Shown here: piece by piece, positions 58,632 through 64,000 of the stretch | How the letters are laid out: the number at the start of each line of letters is the position of its first letter | Numbering within the stretch: position 1 is the first letter of the stretch | DNA from: a virus | Reading direction: 5' to 3' (one strand) | Virus record (IMG/VR): IMGVR_UViG_3300007094_000006 | Span: 1-64,000 of that record | Length of the DNA stretch: 64,000 nt | Made by a program: the position numbers and the translations under genes | Notes under the pieces: generated by a model | Told to the model about the DNA's origin: nothing | Seen by the model: the letters and a program-made list of their open reading frames with translations, nothing else | The model's database searches: none

Positions 58632-59249
58632 ATGCCTACTCTAACAATTTTAGATTTTCAGTCCTCTAACATCCGATTTGAAAACCGTGATGGACGAGTT
58701 TGGGTGAGTCTGACTGATATGGCGAAAGCTAGTGGAAAACGCCTTAGTCATTGGAACCAGCTAAACTCCACGAAAAAATTACTGTCTGCATTAGAGTCCG
58801 TGGTCGGGAAAACGGCCACGGAAACAATTCAAGGTAGTGTTCCGTCAAAGCAAGGAACTTGGGCTATTGAAGAAGTTGCCATTGAGTTTGCCGGGTGGTG
58901 TTCTATCCATTTCAAGATTTGGATGCTACAGCAAATCAAAACCCTGATGACCCAAGGCTATGTTGCATTGCCGCAAACTCAACAGCCTCAAACACCCAAA
59001 TTATCTGCCAACAAACAGGCATTGGAAATCAGCCGTGATGTTCGAGAAATCACTGATGTTCAACCAGAAAGTTTACACTTCTTGGAACAAACAGAAATGG
59101 GAATAAAAGTTCATCCCGTGCAGGAGTCTTACGGCAAAAATGTTGACCAAATTTTGGAAGATTTGATGGGGTTAGAAACAACTCGTCCCAAAGAAATCGC
59201 TGAAGCTTGGAAAGATATATATATGAACAAATTTCTCAAAATCAATTAG
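58632..59249 (+). CDS. KilA-N protein 2 fused to a PtuA-like C-terminal domain (frame broken at (AT)5)
   Basis: KilA-N nearly identical to gene 1, then ITDVQPESL...SYGKN.D.ILEDLMG...RP. Confidence 0.8.
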   Translation: MPTLTILDFQSSNIRFENRDGRVWVSLTDMAKASGKRLSHWNQLNSTKKLLSALESVVGKTATETIQGSVPSKQGTWAIEEVAIEFAGWCSIHFKIWMLQQIKTLMTQGYVALPQTQQPQTPKLSANKQALEISRDVREITDVQPESLHFLEQTEMGIKVHPVQESYGKNVDQILEDLMGLETTRPKEIAEAWKDIYMNKFLKIN

Positions 59250-59418
59250 AGACTTCTAAAAATAAAATCAATGACCTCAGAGCTAAAATTCAAAATGACC
59301 CAGAATTAATTAAAGCTGAAGTTGTTATTCGACGCAAGGAAATTATCGGAAAATGAAGTATATTAGAAAAAGACAAGAACCACCAGAGTTTAAGAATTGG
59401 AAAGAGCAAGCTAACCAA
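59049..59418 (+). pseudogene. Captured host ptuA 3' end and ptuB (TIGR02646-type HNH) 5' end
   Basis: ...DPELIKAEVVIRRKEIIGK* overlapping ATGA MKYIRKRQEPPEFKNWKEQAN. Confidence 0.75.
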
Positions 59419-59737
59419 GTGAAGTCCTTCCTTCTATCCACAAAACTGGTAGCTATTCCTTACCTCAACAGCCTCAACTTCTTAGTGAAGAAAAAGCGCA
59501 GTTTAAAGACTTGGAAAAGACAAAATTAAAGGTCTATGTACCGCCCACACACCCAGTGAAGTCCAAGAAGCTATAGAAGAAAAATTGTTCCCTTGCCAAA
59601 ATGGAAACGGAAACCGCAAATCAGTCTAAAAGTCTTCCAATTGAATGTTGGAAGATTTTTTTTTGTTTAAACTTTAATTTTAGTTTTGAGTAGACAACTT
59701 TTTTTTTGTGCTATACTAAAAATGTCCAATTAAATAA

Positions 59738-60127
59738 ATGTGTGTAAACTCTATGTCTCAATCTTCATTTTTAGAATCCTACCCTAACGCTGGTGGGATT
59801 CGTATTGAAAATCGTGATGGTGTGATTTGGGTTAGCCTAACCGATATTGGTCGTGCGTGTGGAAAATTTTTTTGGGAATGGAAAGAACTGGAATCCACAA
59901 AAAAGTTCCTGAACAGCTTAGGGTATGATAGAGGATTCAAACTCTTTGAAACTAAACAAGGTGGTGAAACTTCAAAACGGGGTACTTGGGCTATTGAAGA
60001 AGTAGCCATTGAGTTTGCTAACTGGTGTTATCCTAGCTTAAAAGATGTGGCGGTAGCTAAAGCGGTCGCTGAAATCCAAAATTTGCTTTCTGACGACAAC
60101 CCCCGATTTGCACAAGGAATTTTCTAA
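59738..60127 (+). CDS. KilA-N protein 3 (truncated)
   Basis: Same motifs; ends just after the NPR.AQ segment seen in gene 1; promoter at 59691-59717. Confidence 0.8.
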   Translation: MCVNSMSQSSFLESYPNAGGIRIENRDGVIWVSLTDIGRACGKFFWEWKELESTKKFLNSLGYDRGFKLFETKQGGETSKRGTWAIEEVAIEFANWCYPSLKDVAVAKAVAEIQNLLSDDNPRFAQGIF

Positions 60128-60325
60128 TGTCACTGAATTAACGACACTCAGTAGAGTCCAAAAAGGTATGGTTTTGAAAAAGGGAGTAACTATTAGTTAA
60201 ACCCTTGGTGGAAACCAAAAAAGGCATGGAAAAAATCGTTCCCTTGACTGGAAAGCAACGGAAGCCAAAAAACAGTCTCATAGTCTTCCAATGAAATGTT
60301 GGAAGATTTTTTTAGGTCTTAACCA

Positions 60326-61103
60326 TGTACTACCTATTCCAAAATCAATAAAACCCAATCATATCAAAGGTTTTAGCGTTTTAATCTTTAAAAAACACCA
60401 TTTTAAAATCAATAAAACTCAGTCGTAGTATAGCTTTGACCCATTTGTACTATGTAGTAGGGGGGGGGGTAACTTTATTTTTTTTTTGTCTCTACCCATT
60501 TGAATCATCGCCGTTTAACGAAAAAAAAGTCCCACCTCACCACCCCACACCCCAAAAATATTTTTCCACTACCACTTGACATTTTGTTTATTTCTATGCT
60601 ATGCTATACATATAGCGAAAAAAAAAAAATAGAATGGGGGATAGGATACTAGGATACTTTAATCCTAGGGTATTCACAAATTAACCTATCAAAAAATTAA
60701 ATATATATTTTAAATATTTAGCCCATATTTACCCATTTTACCCATTTTGCCTATTTTTAGCCATTTTTAGCCATTTTTAGCCATTAAGAATCCGTTTAAC
60801 GGTAAAAGTATTGTTACCCGCCCCGAAGTGCAAGGAATGGCTGTTTTTTGCCATCTGTAGTGTTTTTGTCCACCTCAAAAGAAACAGAAAGGAATGCCAG
60901 TGTTTTGAACTCCGATGCAATGATTCAAATGGGTAGTGACAAAAAAAATAAAGTTATCCCCCCTACTACATAGTACAAACAGGTCAAAGCCATACCCAGA
61001 CTGAGTTTTATTGATTTTAAAATGGTGTTTTTTAAACTCTAAATCCTTAAAACCCTTGATATGATTGGGTTTTATTGATTTCCGACCAAGTAGTACAGTT
61101 TTT
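60326..61103. repeat. Non-coding module C: inverted arm 60326-60511, core, arm 60917-61103
   Basis: Reverse complement of module B; TTGACA(60576)-18-TATGCT(60600); AT-rich tract and TTTTAGCCAT repeats. Confidence 0.92.
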
Positions 61104-61185
61104 AGTGGCTCAAATAGTTCACCTTTCCCCTCAACCATGCTAAAATAGATGCTAGACGCAAAACAAAATACAGACCCGATTCCCG

Positions 61186-61452
61186 ATGAACTCAATCAAT
61201 GCCACGCTAATCCTCAAATTCATTGTTAAAACCAAAATCGTTGGTGACACTAAGCAGTTTGCCGTGTTTGTCAACGTCGTCATCACTACGGAACCTCACC
61301 CTAGTCTAAAGGAGGCAATGGACGAATATTCTTCTCTAATATCTGATATGTTTGAAAAAATAAAAACAGATTTGGAAAAAGAATACTGCGAACGTTCGAT
61401 TGCTTTTTTGGACTCGGTAACGCCTACTTTCTTTCAGTCTAGCAAGTCCTAA
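61186..61452 (+). CDS. Hypothetical protein
   Basis: 88-aa ORF convergent with HNH gene. Confidence 0.55.
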   Translation: MNSINATLILKFIVKTKIVGDTKQFAVFVNVVITTEPHPSLKEAMDEYSSLISDMFEKIKTDLEKEYCERSIAFLDSVTPTFFQSSKS

Positions 61453-61730
61453 TCGTCAAATCGGGTATCAATCTTATTCCCTTGTGCCAAATTGCAACTA
61501 GGACAAAGCAAAACTAAATTTTTTAAGTCAATGGCTAAAGATTTCGTTTGCTCTTCTAATTTTGATATGGGTATCAAATGGTGTACATGATACCCATTGT
61601 TCAAATTATTAAAACAGTTTGGACACAGAAACCGTTGTTTTTTTTTCAGGAAATCGATTCCTGTTTTACCTACACTTGATTTTTTCCAATTGTTAAATAA
61701 TTTGCGATAATCGTTTTGCTTCTTATACAT
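61449..61730 (-). CDS. HNH endonuclease
   Basis: CPNC...HVHHLIP...NLVLLCPSCNL.QG.K. Confidence 0.85.
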   Translation of the reverse strand: MYKKQNDYRKLFNNWKKSSVGKTGIDFLKKKQRFLCPNCFNNLNNGYHVHHLIPISKLEEQTKSLAIDLKNLVLLCPSCNLAQGNKIDTRFDD

Positions 61731-61782
61731 TGGTTTAGATTTTTGAAGACTACCCTATATATGTCCTAAATGCCTTTATTAT

Positions 61783-63177
61783 CGCAAAAAGGGGGTTTAA
61801 AACCTCGCTCTTTAGGGCGACCACTTGGAATTAGTCTTCATGCTTTAAATTTAATTTAAAAAAGTGTTGACAACTTTTTTTCTTGTGCTATACTAAAGTA
61901 AAGACACACTCATCTGAGAATTTCATGAAAGCAAGGTATCAATTCCGTATTTACCCAACAGACCAACAAAAAAGGCTTTTGTCTCAGTTGTTCGGATGTG
62001 TGCGTGTTGTATGGAACGATACCTTAGCTTATTGCCAAGAACTCTATCAACAAGGAGAGAAAAAGCCAAAATATACCGAGTTGTCTAAAAGACTAACTCA
62101 AGTTAAAAATCTGAAGAAAAACGGTGGTTGACTGAGGTTTCTTCTATTCCTTTACAACAGTCTTTGAGAGACTTGGAGACTGCCTACTCTAACTTTTTCG
62201 CATCTTGTAAAGGAAAAAGGAAAGGAAAAAAAGTCAAACCTCCCAAGTTTAAAAAACGTAAATCTAAACAATCAGCGAGATTTACTGAAAACGGTTTTAT
62301 CGTTAAGCAACACTGCGTCTATTTAACAAAAATCGGTGATTTAAAAATAGTTTGGAGTCGTCCATTACCCTCTAAACCTTCTAGTGTCACCGTGATTAAA
62401 GACGCATCAGACCGCTATTTTCTTAGCTTTGTTGTCGAAGTTCAGCCCGAAATACTTCCTGATAATGGGGAGTCCGTGGGAATGGATTTAGGAATTGCTA
62501 CCTTTGCTACCCTTTCAACGGGGGAAAAGATAGACGCACCGAAACCGTTAAAGAAACGATTGAAAAGGCTTAAAAAAGCACAGAGAAACCTTTCCAGAAA
62601 ACAAAAAGGGAGTAAACGACGGGAAAAAGCCAGAAAACGAGTGGCTAAAATCCACGCAAAAATTAAGGACACTCGTACTGATTTCTTGCATAAACTATCC
62701 ACTAGAATTGTTCGTGAAAATCAAACAATAATTTTAGAGGATTTAAACACATCGGGAATGCTTAAGAATCGTAAGCTATCCCGTGCTATATCAGACTTAG
62801 GATGGCGTTCTTTTCGAGATATGCTATCAGCAAAATCTGATAAATATGGACGTGATTTTCGGATAATTTCCAGATGGGAGCCAACGTCTCAAAGGTGTTC
62901 TTGTTGTGGGAATATCGGAGGTAAGAAAGCGTTAAATATTCGTGAGTGGGAATGTCTTTTCTGTGGGACTTTTCATGATAGGGATGTAAACGCCGCAATT
63001 AATATAAAGGTCGCCGGTGGACAATCGGAGACCTCAAAAAACGGACGTGGAGGACAGCGTAAGACTTCTGTTAAAGAAGCAGTATCCTGTGAAGCGTCAA
63101 CCCAACCGAAGATTGAACAATTAAGTTTGTTTGATTTGCCGGGAATCACCGTCCGTTAACGACGGTGAGGATGTCAA
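61783..63177 (+). mobile_element. IS200/IS605-family element with tnpB and no tnpA
   Basis: TTAT target at 61779-61782; left-end hairpin CTCGCTCTTTAGGGCGA; right-end hairpin TCACCGTC/GACGGTGA ending TCAA. Confidence 0.9.
61925..63159 (+). CDS. tnpB: TnpB RNA-guided nuclease, split by a 1-bp deletion in the A run at 62105-62109
   Basis: RIYPT..Q...FGC.R.VWN; RuvC GMDLG, ILEDL, HDRD.NAA; CxxC zinc finger; ~411 aa if repaired. Confidence 0.9.
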
Positions 63178-63402
63178 GCTAGTAGGTTTAGCGGTAGTGT
63201 CAAAACTTTGAGGAAGTTTAAACCCTAGACCGCTAGTAGAATCAGATACTGCTAACCCTGGTTCCATTAAATTGATTAAATCTCTCAAAGCTGGAGCATT
63301 ATTTCCATTAACAAGTCTAGTATCGTAAGCAAATAAATTAGACCGAAAACCCATATAATAATTACCGACATTATCTGTGTTTTGTAAGTTTGGTGTAGTC
63401 AT
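63121..63402 (-). CDS. Hypothetical protein with its 3' end interrupted by the IS605 element
   Basis: Removing 61783-63177 restores ...KPTS-IIKAFRTYIG* ending ~20 bp before the HNH gene. Confidence 0.65.
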   Translation of the reverse strand: MTTPNLQNTDNVGNYYMGFRSNLFAYDTRLVNGNNAPALRDLINLMEPGLAVSDSTSGLGFKLPQSFDTTAKPTSLTSSPSLTDGDSRQIKQT

Positions 63403-63435
63403 TAGGGAATCCTGTAAAATAAAGAAATGTTTTGA

Positions 63436-63614
63436 GAACAATAAATAAAACTACCATCAGAAGCACTGGTAGATGGTCGCCATGTCGTATTTATTAATGA
63501 ATTTTGTAAAGAACAATAAATAAAACTACCATCAGAAGCACTGGTAGATGGTCGCCATGTCGTATTTATTAATGAATTTTGTAAAGAACAATAAACAAAA
63601 CTGCCATCAGAAGG
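63436..63614 (-). repeat. 75-bp tandem repeat (~2.4 copies) inside ORF 63402-63647
   Basis: Units start at 63436, 63511, 63586; encode SDGSF.YCSLQNSLINTTWRPSTSA. Confidence 0.9.
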
Positions 63615-63793
63615 ATTTGTTTGGGTAGAAAAAAATAACCAAAGCACAAAACAATCTTAAATATTTAACAAAATCAAAGTGGGCGGTTTTTTTATGAGAG
63701 TCCCTAGTACAGATATATTATGAGTAAAATGCTTGACAAAATCAAAAAAATATGTTTAAATAAAGAAAAGTTTGCAAATCCATCATATTTGTT

Positions 63794-64000
63794 ATGACAA
63801 AAAAAGCTTTTGTTGATATGGGTAATTTAGTCACTCCAAGCTTGTTACAATTGTACAAAGAGTTCACCCTTGATAAGTCAGTCTATAGTTTTGCATCAAA
63901 AATCGACTTAGGAGATATTCAGTGTTTTGATTTTAAGAATTTGCCGATGCTATCTTGCCTAGAGGTTGACTGGCACAGAGACTGGGAAGGGCATACTCTT
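63794..64000 (+). CDS. 5' end of an unidentified early gene, truncated by the window
   Basis: Open frame MTKKAFVD... to the edge; TTGACA at 63733. Confidence 0.55.
   Translation, partial: MTKKAFVDMGNLVTPSLLQLYKEFTLDKSVYSFASKIDLGDIQCFDFKNLPMLSCLEVDWHRDWEGHTL

Noticed and set aside
34391-61103. Modules as Tn7/Mu-like transposons (TGT...ACA ends)
   Set aside because: No target-site duplication (C flanks AACCA/GTTTT), the inverted repeat extends past the TGT in B, and there is no transposase in the window
63436-63614. 75-bp repeats as a CRISPR array
   Set aside because: Contiguous units with no unique spacers, and in frame within an ORF
1-64000. Integrated prophage
   Set aside because: No integrase, att site or flanking host genes; the tRNA is phage-borne with a late motif

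Overview
The whole window looks like an AT-rich, long-tailed (siphovirus-type) cyanophage genome segment. I see no host housekeeping genes and no integrase. Microcystis-type (CTGATAA)n heptamers, IS605/TnpB elements and cyanobacterial gene fragments suggest a Microcystis-like host. From memory (unverified), the gene set resembles Microcystis phage Mic1. Virion genes: cement, scaffold, major capsid, 2575-aa tape measure, tail tip cluster, tail tube, frameshifted chaperones, terminase with two inteins, portal. Replication and metabolism genes: SF3 helicase, 5'-3' exonuclease, ThyX, PhoH, MazG. Also a phage sigma factor, endolysin, RNA ligase + tRNA-Met + HAD cassette, three KilA-N genes, an HNH gene and an IS605 tnpB element. 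Best leads: (1) three ~0.8-1.4 kb non-coding modules with ~180-bp inverted arms around an ORF-less promoter and AT-rich core, two of them forming an inverted pair around 25 kb (candidate multiple origins); (2) tnpB under a phage early promoter plus a separate omegaRNA-like mini-element under the phage late motif; (3) captured pieces of host defence-type ATPases, including a Septu/retron PtuA C-terminal domain fused to KilA-N; (4) an initiator-like tRNA-Met with a rewritten anticodon stem between an RNA ligase and a phosphatase. Several frameshifts fall in homopolymer or dinucleotide runs and may be sequencing errors. All family calls come from motif recognition by eye, not database searches.
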